In this document: in pieces, positions 10,388-22,010 of the stretch
How positions within the stretch are numbered: the stretch's first letter is position 1
Layout of the letters: the number at the start of each line of letters is the position of its first letter
Assembly (NCBI GenBank): GCA_965216325.1
Contig: OZ244160.1
Span: 1,984,001-2,048,000, forward strand
Direction of reading: 5' to 3'
Source of the DNA: Coraliomargarita sp.
GTDB taxonomy: Bacteria > Verrucomicrobiota > Verrucomicrobiia > Opitutales > Coraliomargaritaceae
Length of the DNA: 64,000 nucleotides
Notes under the pieces: generated by a model
Seen by the model: only the letters and a program-made list of their open reading frames with translations
Databases searched by the model: none
What the model was told of the DNA's origin: nothing
Made by a program: the position numbers and the translations under genes

Positions 10388-11941
10388 ATGATGAAATCCA
10401 AACTACTGATTGCAGCGGGCTTGCTTGGGTCTGCGAGCTTCGGCTTTGCTGCCGATAAACCCAATATTCTGGTGATCTGGGGCGACGATGTCGGCCAGAG
10501 TAACATCAGCGCTTATACACGTGGGATGATGGGCTACACCACCCCAAACATCGACCGCATTGCCAACGAAGGCATCATTTTCACCGACTACTATGGTGAG
10601 CAATCCTGCACGGCGGGGCGCTCCTCCTTTATTCTTGGCCAGAGTGTGTTCCGCACAGGTCTATCCAAGGTCGGTCTGCCGGGAGCGAAGGAGGGCATCA
10701 ATGAGCTGGACCCAACCATTGCAGTTCTGCTCAAGGATCAAGGCTACATGACCGGTCAATTTGGTAAAAATCATTTGGGAGACCGCGACGAGCATTTGCC
10801 GACCAACCATGGATTCGACGAATTCTACGGGAATCTCTACCACCTCAATGCGGAGGAAGAGCCTGAGAATGAGGACTATCCGACAGACCCCGCCTTCCGT
10901 GAGCGTTTTGGTCCTCGTGGTGTGATCAAGTCCTATGCGGACGGGCGCATTGAAGATACGGGTCCGCTGACCAAGAAGCGCATGGAAACCGTCGATGACG
11001 ACACCGCCGCGACGGCGATTGATTTTATCCGTCGTGCCGAGGCTGCTGGCAAACCATGGTTTGTCTGGTGGAGCGGCACGCGTATGCACTTTCGCACACA
11101 CGTGAGCGACGAGAAGATGGCCCAGATCAAAGCAAAGTATCCACAGGCCGATGAATACACCTGCGGCATGCTTGAGCACGACATGCATATTGGCCAATTC
11201 CTCGAAGTGATCGATGAGCTCGGTATCGCCGACAACACGATCATTCACTATTCGACTGACAACGGTCCGCACTACAACACATGGCCGGATGCGGCTGCGA
11301 CGCCGTTCCGTGGTGAAAAGAACACCAATTGGGAGGGCGGTTGGCGCGTGCCGTGCATGGTTCGTTGGCCGGGCGTGGTCGAGCCGGGCTCGATCAGTAA
11401 CGGAATTGTTCACCATATGGACTGGTTGCCTACCTTTCTTGCGGCTGCGGGTAAGACGGATATGAAGGAAGACCTGTTGGATGGTTATACCTCAAGTGCC
11501 TTGGGGCGTGACTATAAGGTTCACCTCGATGGCTATGACATGACCGAGCACCTGAAAAATCCGCAAGGGACTGAGAGCCCGCGAAATGAGATCTTTTATT
11601 TCTCGGATGACGGAGATTTGACTGCGCTGCGCTATAAGCAATGGAAAGCAATCTTTATGGAGCAAAAGTATGAGGCCGGTTTCCGCGCGTGGATGGAGCC
11701 ATTCACACCACTGCGTGTGCCGATGATCCTCAATCTGCGTCGCGACCCGTATGAGCGGGCACCGCTTACTTCCAACACCTACTACGACTGGATGCTGGAT
11801 CGCGTCTTCTTGCTGGTTCCGGCACAGGCCTACGTGGGCGACTTCCTGAAGACTTTCCAAGAATATCCGCCGCGTATGAAGGCGGCGAGCTTCTCGCTCG
11901 ATCAGGTCATGGAAATGATGTCTAAGCCGGCGCAGAATTAG
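10388..11941 (+). CDS. Arylsulfatase (S1 family, CxAxR signature)
   Basis: KPNILVIWGDD, SCTAGRS, GKNHLG, STDNG and GEKNTNWEGGWRVP motifs; signal peptide. Confidence 0.92.
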   Translation: MMKSKLLIAAGLLGSASFGFAADKPNILVIWGDDVGQSNISAYTRGMMGYTTPNIDRIANEGIIFTDYYGEQSCTAGRSSFILGQSVFRTGLSKVGLPGAKEGINELDPTIAVLLKDQGYMTGQFGKNHLGDRDEHLPTNHGFDEFYGNLYHLNAEEEPENEDYPTDPAFRERFGPRGVIKSYADGRIEDTGPLTKKRMETVDDDTAATAIDFIRRAEAAGKPWFVWWSGTRMHFRTHVSDEKMAQIKAKYPQADEYTCGMLEHDMHIGQFLEVIDELGIADNTIIHYSTDNGPHYNTWPDAAATPFRGEKNTNWEGGWRVPCMVRWPGVVEPGSISNGIVHHMDWLPTFLAAAGKTDMKEDLLDGYTSSALGRDYKVHLDGYDMTEHLKNPQGTESPRNEIFYFSDDGDLTALRYKQWKAIFMEQKYEAGFRAWMEPFTPLRVPMILNLRRDPYERAPLTSNTYYDWMLDRVFLLVPAQAYVGDFLKTFQEYPPRMKAASFSLDQVMEMMSKPAQN

Positions 11942-11955
11942 CCCGACTACTTCTC

Positions 11956-11987
11956 AGCCGCGCCTCTCGACGAGGCGCGGCTTTTTT
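11956..11987 (+). terminator. Rho-independent terminator
   Basis: AGCCGCGCCTC-loop-GAGGCGCGGCT followed by a T tract, after the sulfatase stop. Confidence 0.85.
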
Positions 11988-12079
11988 GTGTAATCTCGTA
12001 GCGCACAGCTTTAGCAAGCGTTTCGCTGTGTAGCAGCATTGTGGAATTTCCCTTCTCACTATTGGGCCCATCAAATTGA

Positions 12080-12290
12080 ACTCCCCTCCTTGGCGAGGAG
12101 GGGTGCCCGAAGGGCGGGGTGGTGTGTCACGTCTGCTCGCGTATTAGTGGAGGTGGATTTGTTTGTAGCGGATACGAACAGTGCGGCTCGGCTGGTTCTA
12201 CTAAGAAGCTGGGTGTTAAAGACCACCTCACTTGGCAAGCACCCAAAGGGCATTCCACAAGTGACCCCACCTTCAAAAGGAGGGGAGCTT
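12080..12290. repeat. Palindromic CTCCCC...GGGGAG-type intergenic repeat pair
   Basis: ACTCCCCTCCTTGGCGAGGAGGGG...CGGGGTGGT and ACCACC...ACCCCACCTTCAAAAGGAGGGGAG; related copy near 52892-52940. Confidence 0.55.
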
Positions 12291-12375
12291 TCTGGGAGGC
12301 TTGTTTTTGGGCGCCGACTTTTTATTCTGCCAAGGCTTGCATGCCGCGAAATACTCTTTTTGCTCCTCCGCTAAC

Positions 12376-13539
12376 ATGGCAACCAAGACTCAAGAAGGAA
12401 TCATCGCATTTGCAGACGGAACTATCTTCCGTGGTCGCGCTTTTGGCGCAGTCGCTACAAATGTGGGCGAAGCTTGCTTCAACACCAGTATGACTGGTTA
12501 TCAGGAGATTTTGACCGATCCCTCCTATTTCTCGCAGATCGTCACGATGACTGCGGTGCAAGTGGGCAATTACGGGATCAATCCTGAGGACATTGAGTCC
12601 GATGGCCCAAAGGTTAAGGGCTTCATCGTTCGCGAAGTCAGCCCGGTTGCCAGTAACTGGCGCAGCAACCAGTCGATTCAGGAGTATCTCGAAGCAGCGG
12701 GCATCCCTGGTGTCGAAGGTGTGGACACACGTGCGATCACCAAGAAGCTCCGCGTTGCGGGTGCCATGAACGCCTGCATCACTACGGAAGGCCTCTCCGA
12801 TGAGGAAGCGATTCAGCGTGCCAAAGATTTCGGCGGCCTCGTGGGTGTCGACTTCGTCAAGGAAGTCACCGCGAAGGAAGCCTATCACTGGGATCCTGAA
12901 ATGAAGGAATCCAAGCCGTTCACCGTGGTTGGCACCGACCTTCTCGGCGAACAGCCCGAGCAGCCACGCTTCAAAGTCGCTGCGATGGACTTCGGCGCGA
13001 AGTTTTCCATCTACCGCAAGCTCCAGCACCACGGCTTCGACGTGCACGTCTTCCCGGCGACTGCGTCCGCTGATGACATCCGTGCGATCCAGCCGGACGG
13101 TGTCTTCCTTTCCAATGGTCCGGGTGACCCAGCGGCAGTGGGCTACGCACACGCAACCGTGAAGGAACTGATCGAGGAATACCCAACCTTTGGTATTTGC
13201 CTCGGCCACCAGATCATCACCCACGCGCTCGGTGCAAAGACCTTCAAGCTCAAGTTTGGACACCGCGGTGGTAACCAGCCAGTGAAGAATCTTGAGACTG
13301 GCAAGGTGTCCATCACTTCCCAGAATCACGGCTTCGCATCCACTCGTGAAGAGCTCGAAAGCTGCGGTGCGATCGTGACGGAGATCAACCTGAATGACCA
13401 AACCGTCGAAGGTCTTCGTCTCAAGGACAAGCCGGTCTTTTCCGTGCAATACCACCCAGAAGCCGCACCTGGCCCGAACGACGCAGATCCGCTCTTCGTT
13501 CAGTTCTACAAGAACGTGAAGGCACACGTTGCCAAGTAA
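12376..13539 (+). CDS. carA: Carbamoyl-phosphate synthase small subunit
   Basis: [31 protein letters not shown] and VQYHPEA motifs. Confidence 0.97.
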   Translation: MATKTQEGIIAFADGTIFRGRAFGAVATNVGEACFNTSMTGYQEILTDPSYFSQIVTMTAVQVGNYGINPEDIESDGPKVKGFIVREVSPVASNWRSNQSIQEYLEAAGIPGVEGVDTRAITKKLRVAGAMNACITTEGLSDEEAIQRAKDFGGLVGVDFVKEVTAKEAYHWDPEMKESKPFTVVGTDLLGEQPEQPRFKVAAMDFGAKFSIYRKLQHHGFDVHVFPATASADDIRAIQPDGVFLSNGPGDPAAVGYAHATVKELIEEYPTFGICLGHQIITHALGAKTFKLKFGHRGGNQPVKNLETGKVSITSQNHGFASTREELESCGAIVTEINLNDQTVEGLRLKDKPVFSVQYHPEAAPGPNDADPLFVQFYKNVKAHVAK

Positions 13540-13560
13540 GCGAGCTAGCTCAGACTTTTC

Positions 13561-13596
13561 AAAAACGCGGCCTTCTTTCGAGGGGCTGCGTTTTTT
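13561..13596 (+). terminator. Rho-independent terminator (possibly bidirectional)
   Basis: AAAAACGCGGCCTTC-TTTC-GAGGGGCTGCGTTTTTT. Confidence 0.8.
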
Positions 13597-13607
13597 GTGT
13601 CTGTTTG

Positions 13608-13679
13608 GGTAGGGCTCGTTATCCTTAACGAGCCGCAAGGTCGGGCTGGAGCGGTTCGATAGGGATATCGAACCCTACC
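13608..13679. repeat. GTAG-type REP doublet, family B
   Basis: GGTAGGGCTCGTTATCCTTAACGAGCCG ... GCGGTTCGATAGGGATATCGAACCCTACC; both arms recur at 45183-45255 and the left arm at 52850-52877. Confidence 0.85.
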
Positions 13680-13855
13680 TTCTTGGCTACTTATGCCCCT
13701 CCAGCCGAGCGATCTTTACGGCTTTGTTCTGCGCAAATGACGTCCATTGTAGTGTGCGTACTTGTGCGTCACTACCGAGCATCAGCACTCCAGCGTATTA
13801 GCTTCTCCATTACCGCACTGAGAAACTTGCGACCTAGGGCAAGTGGAGCACCTAT

Positions 13856-14221
13856 TTAGCGCGCTTTAAACGCACATCCCAATTCTGCCGCGATTGCATG
13901 CAGCCGTCGGTGATTACTCCAGAGAAGGCTTCCGTGGATGCGGCAACTGGCGAGTAGATGAATGTCGATCAGGCCTATGCCACGTCCCATTAACTTGTGC
14001 TGTTCAATAAAGAAGAGAGCTTCGTTGTTTTCAGCCGGCCCTAAGCTGGGGAGGGCATGCAGCAGGCTGATAATTTCTTTGCGCTTTTTGAATTCACCGC
14101 AGGCGAGTTCGCCGATGACGAATGGATGGACACAGACTTGCTGATCACTCAGCAAATCGGACAGTGTTGAGTTGGAGCGCTTGAAATGATCGATCCAAAC
14201 AGACGTGTCAACGAGCAGCAT
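13856..14221 (-). CDS. vapC: PIN-domain toxin (VapC family)
   Basis: MLLVDTSVWID, HPFVIGELACG and GIGLIDIHLLAS motifs; start overlaps the antitoxin stop (TAATG). Confidence 0.9.
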   Translation of the reverse strand: MLLVDTSVWIDHFKRSNSTLSDLLSDQQVCVHPFVIGELACGEFKKRKEIISLLHALPSLGPAENNEALFFIEQHKLMGRGIGLIDIHLLASCRIHGSLLWSNHRRLHAIAAELGCAFKAR

Positions 14222-14412
14222 TAGGCAGGTCGGCGGCGTGGAATCTGTTTTGCACTTGGCTCAGAGCCTCCGAGTGCTGCAAGGCGCTCGGCCGAGTGCT
14301 TGGCAATCAATGCCTCAAGCCCGAGCCGCACCAATGCTGTTTTTTCGCTGATGCCCGTGAGCTTGGAAGCTTTATTGAGGGTGGCATCATCGATGTTGAG
14401 TGTAGTTTTCAT
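14221..14412 (-). CDS. vapB: VapB-family antitoxin
   Basis: 63 aa: MKTTLNIDDATLNKASKLTGISEKTALVRLGLEALIA...LAALGGSEP; directly upstream of vapC. Confidence 0.88.
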   Translation of the reverse strand: MKTTLNIDDATLNKASKLTGISEKTALVRLGLEALIAKHSAERLAALGGSEPSAKQIPRRRPA

Positions 14413-14419
14413 GCATATG

Positions 14420-14447
14420 AGTATGGCTATTTGATATGTATCGTCAA
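14420..14447 (-). promoter_or_regulatory. Sigma70-type promoter of vapBC
   Basis: Minus strand TTGACG-N16-CATACT, 7 nt before the ATG. Confidence 0.55.
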
Positions 14448-14538
14448 TGTCGATGATGAGAGGGATTCGATAGCAAGTGTTTTCGCACTTACTCAACGTA
14501 GGCATGGTGGTGCAACTGCGAAGCAGTTTCGATTGAGT

Positions 14539-16002
14539 TCAATACCGCTCCAACCGTGCAATCTTCACCGTCTGTCCCGCTTCAAGTTCGGTTTCGGGGC
14601 TAAGATCATTAACCAGTGCCGTGTAGCTGGCATCCCAGCTGTTGCCCGTGCGGGCGCCGAGCTCGGCGAGCGTCTCGCCGGCTTGAGCCTTGGCAATGCG
14701 CAGGCGCAGGCCAGTGATGGACTCGTGCTCGGTGCTGGTGAGTTCGCGGAGCGAGCGGGCGGATTCGCGGAGCGCTTGGCGTTGGCGATCATCGCCGAGT
14801 GCGGTGATTTGGAAGGTGCGTTTGCCGACTTCGACCCAGCCCATGTGCAGGTAGATCGGCATACGGGAGCGCTTGATTAGGTAGGTCACGATGTAGATGG
14901 TCTGGCCGCCCATTTGTTGCTCCTGCAGGTCAACGGGTTGGATGCGGCCCTCCTGATACAGCTGCTGGACAAAAATCTCACGCAACTGCTCGGGTGTATG
15001 GGGCGCTTCGACCATCGCCAGAATGATGGCGCCTTGTTGCTTCGGTTCGACCGCAGCGACTTGCGTGGGGGTATTGAGCGTGACCCAGCCTTCGGGGAAG
15101 CGCATGGTCACATTCAAGTCCGGATGCAGGAAGCGTTCCTCGCGGAAAATGCCTGCGCCCGGGTTCACGCCCCACCACAGGCCATCGAGTTTGGCGTAGA
15201 AGCTCTCAGTGTCTTTGGCGATTGGCTTACGTGGGCCCAGCTCGGCTTCGTCGACCTGTTTCGAAATACGTCGCGTGCGCTCTTTAGTCATCGGGTGACT
15301 GTCGAAGATATTGAAGCGCTCTTCGTGTCCGCTGCTCAGTTCCACGTCCTGTTGGAGGCGTTGCAGAATGCTTGCGAGCTTGGACGGATCATAGCCCGCG
15401 CGGGCGGTGGTTTGCAGGCCGTATTCGTCGGCCTCGTTTTCGTGGCTGCGGCTGTAGCTGCTCAGCACGGCCCCGCCGACGGCATCGACCGGTAAATTAA
15501 TCAGGTTACCCAAGCCCTCGCTGAGCACGCCGCCGACCACATCGCCGGGTAGCGCCAGCACGCCGTGTAGCATCCCTTTTCGGTTTTGCTTGGACGCATG
15601 GCGACGCGTGACGTGAGCGATCTCGTGGGCGATCACCCCCGCGAGTTCGTCTTCGCTGCAGCTCAGCGCGAGCAGACCGCGCGAGACGTAGATCGGGCCG
15701 CCGGGGAGCGCGAAGGCATTGGGCGTGGCATCGTCGACAATTTTAAAGCTAAAATTCCAGTCAGGATCGCCGCTGGCCCGCGCCATTTTGAATCCCAGCT
15801 CATCGACATACTCGGCCGCCGCTGGCGAGGAGTGGTCGATCCCCATTTGGGCTTCAATCATCTGCGCGTATTGGGCACCGAGCTCGATGTCCTTCTGGCG
15901 GCCATTGAAACCGAAGTCCAGTAGTTGGGCCGGTAGCTGACTGCTGAGGAGTAGAGCGCTACAGGTCAGAGCAAGTTGATGAGATCCTGTCATTTGTTTC
16001 AA
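14539..16002 (-). CDS. M48 family zinc metalloprotease
   Basis: PNAFALPGG, HEIAH (HExxH), YSRSHENEAD and SHP motifs; C-terminal LysM-like segment. Confidence 0.88.
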   Translation of the reverse strand: MKQMTGSHQLALTCSALLLSSQLPAQLLDFGFNGRQKDIELGAQYAQMIEAQMGIDHSSPAAAEYVDELGFKMARASGDPDWNFSFKIVDDATPNAFALPGGPIYVSRGLLALSCSEDELAGVIAHEIAHVTRRHASKQNRKGMLHGVLALPGDVVGGVLSEGLGNLINLPVDAVGGAVLSSYSRSHENEADEYGLQTTARAGYDPSKLASILQRLQQDVELSSGHEERFNIFDSHPMTKERTRRISKQVDEAELGPRKPIAKDTESFYAKLDGLWWGVNPGAGIFREERFLHPDLNVTMRFPEGWVTLNTPTQVAAVEPKQQGAIILAMVEAPHTPEQLREIFVQQLYQEGRIQPVDLQEQQMGGQTIYIVTYLIKRSRMPIYLHMGWVEVGKRTFQITALGDDRQRQALRESARSLRELTSTEHESITGLRLRIAKAQAGETLAELGARTGNSWDASYTALVNDLSPETELEAGQTVKIARLERY

Positions 16003-16030
16003 AGTAACTGGGCTCAGTGAAAGTCAACGA

Positions 16031-17629
16031 CTAGGCGGGCTCTGCTGGCTCGAGCTCCGGTTTGGGCAAGTTGGCATCCATCCATTCGATGAGTGCTGCA
16101 GTGGCTGCGGGCGCAGTTTCGACTGCGATACCTCCACCGGCGCGCACATTGACAGTTTCGTTTGGTTCAAAGGTACGCACGATCACTGTGGCGCGCGAGT
16201 CTTTCAAGTAGTTGAGTGCCTGTTTGACGTCACTGGTGCGGCGCATGGAGCAGAGCACGATGCAGGCTTCGCGTGCGTTGGCTTGTGCCAGCACATGTGT
16301 GGCAGCGCCGTCACCTTGAATGCAGTGCACGCCCTTTGCTGCGAGTTTGCGGATGATGGCCGCATCGTCGTCCACCACGGTGGTTTCGATGCCTGCCGCG
16401 TTGAGACTGCGCAGTGCGGTTGGACCGGCGCGGCCATAGCCGAGCAGCACCGCGTGGTTCATCAGCTCGCGCGTCTTGGTTTCCCCTTTGCGGTAGCGGG
16501 GGTGTAGGTTCATTAGCCACCAGGCAATCGGCGCGCGTGAGATAAAGGGGGTCAGTGTCATTGTGCTGACGGTGATCAGGGCGATCATCGAGAACAGTTG
16601 CTCGGTGATCTGACCGGATGCCACGCCGATGAATGCCAGCAGCAGTGAGAACTCGCTGGTTTGCGAGAGTAGAATACCCGCTTCAATCGCGACGCGTGTG
16701 GAGTAGCCCACGGATTCGGCAACCACGGTGACCAGAATCACGGTGACGACGATGAGCACTGCGATGAAGATGACGCTGTGTTGCAGTATACTCCAATCGG
16801 GGAGCACCATCGCGCAACCAATCGCGATGAAGAACAAGGCAAGGAAGAAGCCGGAGAGCGAGGTTAACATGCCCCGCACGAGTCCATTCATCGGGAAGGC
16901 GGAAAGTGCAAAGCCGGCAAAGAAGGCGCCGACCAAGAATGGCAGATCAAGTAGCCAAGCCATGCCGGAAAAGGCGAACAGCATTGCAAGGGCTCCCAGC
17001 ATCAACTCCTCCTCATCGAGTTTCAATGATCGGGTGACCCATGGCACGAACCATCGGTGTGCGGCCACTGCGAGAATGCCTAGTGCCGCTGTTTCGCCGA
17101 CGCTCTCGATGACTTTCCATGCGCCATCGGGCGCTTTGCTGAGTGCAACGAGGAGCAGAATAATTAACACGTCCTGAATCAGCAGCACGCCGAGCACCAG
17201 CCGTCCATAGGGCTCAAACAATTGCCGTCGTTGTTGCAGGTGGCGCACCACGACGAGTGTCGAACTGGCGGACAAGGCGCAGCCCAAATAGAGAGCGGTG
17301 GTCAGATCATAATCGAGCAGGAGAGCGGTCAGGAGTCCGGCCAAGCCCAGAATCAAGAACTGCACGGTGCCGAGAATCAGCACGGGGCGCAGTCGCCCAC
17401 TGAGTCGTTGTGGACTCAGATCCACACCCGCGGTAAACACCAAGACCGCAAGCCCGACCTCGGTCATTTCAAAGATCAGGTCGCGTGGGATCTCCGCACC
17501 CGTGTAGGTGAAGATCGCCTGCAGGCCGATGCCGGAGAGCATCAGTAGCGGGATCGGTGGGATCCGCAGCAAGCGCGCTAGGCCGAAGGCCAGAGCGGCC
17601 GCGATCAGGAGTATGGCAAAACCGGTCAT
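16031..17629 (-). CDS. Cation:proton antiporter (CPA2/Kef-type) with TrkA-N domain
   Basis: [15 protein letters not shown] and SQTSEFS motifs; GYGRAG Rossmann motif; ATGA overlap with the upstream paralog. Confidence 0.85.
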   Translation of the reverse strand: MTGFAILLIAAALAFGLARLLRIPPIPLLMLSGIGLQAIFTYTGAEIPRDLIFEMTEVGLAVLVFTAGVDLSPQRLSGRLRPVLILGTVQFLILGLAGLLTALLLDYDLTTALYLGCALSASSTLVVVRHLQQRRQLFEPYGRLVLGVLLIQDVLIILLLVALSKAPDGAWKVIESVGETAALGILAVAAHRWFVPWVTRSLKLDEEELMLGALAMLFAFSGMAWLLDLPFLVGAFFAGFALSAFPMNGLVRGMLTSLSGFFLALFFIAIGCAMVLPDWSILQHSVIFIAVLIVVTVILVTVVAESVGYSTRVAIEAGILLSQTSEFSLLLAFIGVASGQITEQLFSMIALITVSTMTLTPFISRAPIAWWLMNLHPRYRKGETKTRELMNHAVLLGYGRAGPTALRSLNAAGIETTVVDDDAAIIRKLAAKGVHCIQGDGAATHVLAQANAREACIVLCSMRRTSDVKQALNYLKDSRATVIVRTFEPNETVNVRAGGGIAVETAPAATAALIEWMDANLPKPELEPAEPA

Positions 17630-19380
17630 GCGGGTTCGGGTCCTCCTTTGGGCGTTGTGTCGGAGGCGGGACACTCTTGTCCCGCTCCATTTTGATGGTC
17701 CGCGTTTGCAGGCGGAGAGGAGTGTTCGCCCTCCGTTGTTGTTTTTGGTAGCCCTTCATCGCGAATCAGGCGGCGCTCAGCCACCGCGCCGTCGATCGCA
17801 GGCATCATCAGGTAGTTGACGTTCAGGTCCAGCAGGCCTTCCACCACGGAGTCATCAAAGGCATGGATTGCGCAGGGCACATCTGCTGCGCGGCAGCGAT
17901 AGGCCAACAAGTTATTCGCATCTTCGATTTGCAGTGCGGAGACGACTATCCGGGCGCGGCGTAGTCCGATCTCCTCGACTACGGAGTGATACTCCACATT
18001 GCCGATCATGGTAATGGCACCGCTCAGTCCACGCAGCTTCATGGGATCCGTGTCGATCGCGAGCACGGTTTCTCCGCGTTGCACGAGTTGTTTCACGATT
18101 TCGCGGCCCATCGCATTCATGCCGACCACGATCACATGGTCACTGCGGGTTTGATGCGCTTCCAGTTCGGTTTCCTCTCTGGCCCGCAGCAGGGCGAATA
18201 GCCCGCTCGACTTTGCCAGTTCGAATAAGGGATCGCTGTAGATAATCAGGTAGGACGAGATACTGATCGAAAGAATGCCAACCAGGCCACCGATGGCTGC
18301 GACTTCGGTGGAGACTAAGCCCGCGCCGTAGGCGAGTCCGAGCAGGATGAAGGAGAACTCACTCATTTGCCCACTCGCCACTGCAGTTTGGAAGCAAGTG
18401 TAGCGACTGAACTTGAGCTTGGAAAGAATAGCAAAGACCAGCAATGGCTTTGCCAGTAGCACGAAGAGGGTGAGGACCAAGGCCTTGCCCCAGATTGCGC
18501 CGAAAGACTCGAATTTGAGTTCCACGCCAAGCGTTACCAAGAACACCGCGATGAAGAAGGTCATGAGCGGGTGTAGGCGTCGATGTAGGTCCTCATGCAT
18601 GGGCAGCTGTGCGATGGCAATGCCCGCCAAGAAGGCGCCGACTTCAACTGATAGGTGGAAGGCGTGTGCCAGCAGCACCATTAGAAAGCACCAACAGAGC
18701 GCCCAGATGAATAGTGTATCCGGGAAGCGTGCCGCCCATGCGAAGGGCTTCGGCAGGATGTAGCGTGAGGCGAGAATCGCGACCGCGAGTAGTAGCAACA
18801 TTCCAGCGAAGGCGATACTCTCGTTGATGAGGATGCGCACGAGTGAGATCGACTCGGCCGCACCATCCAGGCCGCTGATGAGCGTCAGTGCTGCGATGAC
18901 GACGATGTCTTGAAAGAGAAAGAGGCCGACCGCGAGGCGGGCATAGAGCCGCTTCATGTCACCCTTCTGGTCGAGTAGTTTGATGACGACGACGGTGCTG
19001 CTGAAGGTTGCTGCGCCTGCGAGTAGAATCGCTTCCATCAGTCCAAAGCCCATCAGCAGCGACAGTCCGAGAGCTCCCAGGCAGGTGAGTAAGACTTGTA
19101 GCGACCCAAGTATCAGGGCCGGTTTACCGAGGTTACGGACTTTCTCGAAACTCAATTCCAGTCCGACCAAGAACAGCAGCAGGGCAATGCCTAGTTCGGA
19201 GATCAAATCCAAGGAGTCATCCATGAGCACCCAGCCGAAGCCGGGGCCAATCGCCATGCCAGCTAAAATGTAGGCAACCAGTGATGGCATGCGAATGAGT
19301 TTTCCGAGAAAGGCAAACACTGCTGCTGCAATGGCGATGTAGCCAAGGTCGAGAAGCAGGTGCAGATCGGGTTGTTCCAT
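17626..19380 (-). CDS. Cation:proton antiporter (CPA2/Kef-type) with TrkA-N domain
   Basis: [19 protein letters not shown] and GQMSEFS motifs; C-terminal NAD-binding domain. Confidence 0.87.
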   Translation of the reverse strand: MEQPDLHLLLDLGYIAIAAAVFAFLGKLIRMPSLVAYILAGMAIGPGFGWVLMDDSLDLISELGIALLLFLVGLELSFEKVRNLGKPALILGSLQVLLTCLGALGLSLLMGFGLMEAILLAGAATFSSTVVVIKLLDQKGDMKRLYARLAVGLFLFQDIVVIAALTLISGLDGAAESISLVRILINESIAFAGMLLLLAVAILASRYILPKPFAWAARFPDTLFIWALCWCFLMVLLAHAFHLSVEVGAFLAGIAIAQLPMHEDLHRRLHPLMTFFIAVFLVTLGVELKFESFGAIWGKALVLTLFVLLAKPLLVFAILSKLKFSRYTCFQTAVASGQMSEFSFILLGLAYGAGLVSTEVAAIGGLVGILSISISSYLIIYSDPLFELAKSSGLFALLRAREETELEAHQTRSDHVIVVGMNAMGREIVKQLVQRGETVLAIDTDPMKLRGLSGAITMIGNVEYHSVVEEIGLRRARIVVSALQIEDANNLLAYRCRAADVPCAIHAFDDSVVEGLLDLNVNYLMMPAIDGAVAERRLIRDEGLPKTTTEGEHSSPPANADHQNGAGQECPASDTTPKGGPEPA

Positions 19381-19524
19381 TACAGACGAACGTTGGTTCG
19401 ACATCCAGTCTGTGTGGGCATGGGCCTTTTGAAAACCCTAAAGCATCGCTGAGCCCGATAAAATGAAAAGGCCCTCATGTGTTTAAACGTGAGGGCCTTG
19501 TATCAAGTAAGTGAATACTCCGGT

Positions 19525-21900
19525 TTAGAGCGCTTTGGCTGTTTCAGCAGTCACCTTGGTGATGGCTTGCGCTTGGTCTTTACCTTCGAGTTCGATCCAG
19601 TCAGCCATGATGCGCGCGCTTTCGCGCAGGTAGATGTCGTAGGGGACCTTCTCCTCTTCATCGAGGTCTTCTTCGGTGCTTTCAGCGTCAGCGACTTCAG
19701 CACTCTCATCGGTGCTGCCCTCTAGTGGCGTCTCTTTGTTTTTCTCGGAGAGCGCTTCCTGTTCTTCAGCGATGTCGAGAATCAGGTCGGTCATCGGATA
19801 GTCGTTTTCCTTTAAGCTCTCATAGGTTTCGTCGAGCTCTTCAATATAGGCTGCTTCGCGAATCTTACGATTGATGCGCTCTTCCAAATTGAGTGAGAAT
19901 TCCTTCTCATCGAGGCGCTTGCGACGCCATTCGATTTGCTCTTTGAGGAAGATGAATTCTTCCAGTTCATTTTGGCGTTGGGTGCTGGAGGTGACGAGTG
20001 CAGATACCAGCTCCGGATCCTCGGGGCTGGAGAAGTTGATTTTCTTCCAGTCGTTGTGCCAGTCCACGGCTGGAATGCTGTCCCATGGCAGTGCGTGCGG
20101 CAGGTCGGACTCTCCGATTGGCAGATACTCATTGACGGATGGCAGCACGATGTCAGAGGGCACGCCTTTAACCTGTGTGGAACTGCCGCCCGGCAGGTAG
20201 AATTGCTTAATGGTGATCTTGGAGGCCACGGGCTTGGTGGTTTCAGTCGGTGTTTGAGAGAACCATGAGAAACTCGGGCGACTGTTCATGTGGTAGACCT
20301 CTTGCACCGTTCCCTTGCCATGTGTGGAGGTGTTACCGACGATGAGGGCACGCTTGTGGTCTTGGAGTGCTCCGGCTACGATCTCGGAGGCGGAGGCACT
20401 GAAACGCGAGGTGAGCACGATGAGTGGGCCGTCCCAGATGACGCTCGGATCGCGGTCCATCAAGACTTGATTGCGCGCGTCTTTATCCCGAACTTGGACG
20501 ACTGGGCCGACTGGGATGAAGTGCCCGGCGACGCGGACAGCCTCGGAGAGCAGACCGCCGCCATTCATGCGCAGGTCGAGGATGATGCCTTGGGCATTGA
20601 GGTCTTTGAGCTTGCGGATGAGTTCGGCGACGTCGTCTGATGTTGTGGTTAGCGAGCCTCCGGCACCAATATTACCGTAGAATGAGGGCAGTTCGATTAC
20701 ACCGATGGGGAGTGTCGCGGACCCGTCGTTGCTGGGGACTTCGATCAGTTTGGCGGTTGCGAGGTTTGCGGTGAGTTTGACCTCATCGCGAACGATGGAG
20801 ACGATTTTACGAACCGAGGGGTCGGCCGCATCGCCCGGGCGGATGAGTAGGCGCACGGTGGTGCCTTTCTCGCCCTTGATTTTGCGCACAATGTAGCGCA
20901 GTTGCATGTCAATGACGTCTTCGAATTCGTCATCGCCTTGCGCAACGCCGAGGATTTGGTCTTCTGGGCCTAGTTGACGCGATGCTTCGGCGGGGCCGCC
21001 GGGGAGGATTTCCTTGATGGTGCAGATGCCGTCGTCGTCTTCCAGCATGGCACCGATCCCGACAAATGAGTTTTGCACGGAGGAGTTGAAGCTTTCCAGC
21101 GTGTCAGAGGACAAGAAGGTGGAGTGTGGGTCGAACAGGTTGGTCATCGCATTGATGAACGCCTCCTGCACTTCGGCGGCCTCGCGGTCGACAGTGAAGC
21201 TCAGATTGCGCTCATAGCGCCGTGCGATCTTCTTTTTCGCCTCGGTGAGTGTTTTGGCCAAGAACGCTTCGTCATTCAAGAGGCGTTGGATCTTACTTGG
21301 GTCGAAGCTGTCGTCCTCATCGGTGACGAGATCGGGATTTTCGATTTGAAGTGTGGCTTCCTCTTCTTCGGTTTCGGATGCGAGGGAGAGTAGTTCGTTC
21401 AGTAGTTGATACTTCAAGCGTGCGTCCCAGAGTGCGTCGGCTTCGGCGCTGTTACTCGGCCATTCTGCTTCTCTACGGTCTGGACTGAAGCGGTCATCCA
21501 TTGAGAAGTCGAAGTCACCTTCGAGGCGGTTTTGGATCCAGTCTGTGCGCTGCTGTGCGCTGCTTTTGTAGGCTTCGTAGATTTCGAAGGCGGCGTATAG
21601 ATTGCCTTTTTCGAGGAAGCCTTCGGTGGCGGCGGCAAAGCGGAAGACGAAATCGTCAATCTCACTGCGGAGGAAATACATTTTTGAGTAGTCGAAGGCT
21701 TCGACGTAGGCTTCGACGATTTCCTGTCCGTCGAGTTTTTGCATGCTTTCGCGCAAATAATGGCGGGCATTGATGGTGTTCACGACCCAGCGGGTCTGGG
21801 CGGCCATGTCTTTGGTGGGCTCAAGGCGAGGCGCGTCGGCCGCGAAGGCGGCACCAACGAGAAAGGCGAGTGGGGCGAGGTGTTTGAATGGGCGTATCAT
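19525..21900 (-). CDS. prc: Carboxy-terminal processing (tail-specific) protease, S41A
   Basis: FDPHS, PDZ segment [21 protein letters not shown] and GKGTVQ motifs. Confidence 0.92.
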   Translation of the reverse strand: MIRPFKHLAPLAFLVGAAFAADAPRLEPTKDMAAQTRWVVNTINARHYLRESMQKLDGQEIVEAYVEAFDYSKMYFLRSEIDDFVFRFAAATEGFLEKGNLYAAFEIYEAYKSSAQQRTDWIQNRLEGDFDFSMDDRFSPDRREAEWPSNSAEADALWDARLKYQLLNELLSLASETEEEEATLQIENPDLVTDEDDSFDPSKIQRLLNDEAFLAKTLTEAKKKIARRYERNLSFTVDREAAEVQEAFINAMTNLFDPHSTFLSSDTLESFNSSVQNSFVGIGAMLEDDDGICTIKEILPGGPAEASRQLGPEDQILGVAQGDDEFEDVIDMQLRYIVRKIKGEKGTTVRLLIRPGDAADPSVRKIVSIVRDEVKLTANLATAKLIEVPSNDGSATLPIGVIELPSFYGNIGAGGSLTTTSDDVAELIRKLKDLNAQGIILDLRMNGGGLLSEAVRVAGHFIPVGPVVQVRDKDARNQVLMDRDPSVIWDGPLIVLTSRFSASASEIVAGALQDHKRALIVGNTSTHGKGTVQEVYHMNSRPSFSWFSQTPTETTKPVASKITIKQFYLPGGSSTQVKGVPSDIVLPSVNEYLPIGESDLPHALPWDSIPAVDWHNDWKKINFSSPEDPELVSALVTSSTQRQNELEEFIFLKEQIEWRRKRLDEKEFSLNLEERINRKIREAAYIEELDETYESLKENDYPMTDLILDIAEEQEALSEKNKETPLEGSTDESAEVADAESTEEDLDEEEKVPYDIYLRESARIMADWIELEGKDQAQAITKVTAETAKAL

Positions 21901-22010
21901 GCTGAGAGTGAAAGTGATGGTGAAAGTGAAAGTGTTCCGAGGAACGAAGTGGCGACACGACCGAGCGCGAAGCGAACCGGATCCAGCGGCAGGATGCCGC
22001 TTCTACGTGG

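Noticed and set aside
12322..13638. 438-aa ORF antisense to carA
   Set aside because: Shadow ORF expected from codon bias of a conserved gene; no recognisable motif.
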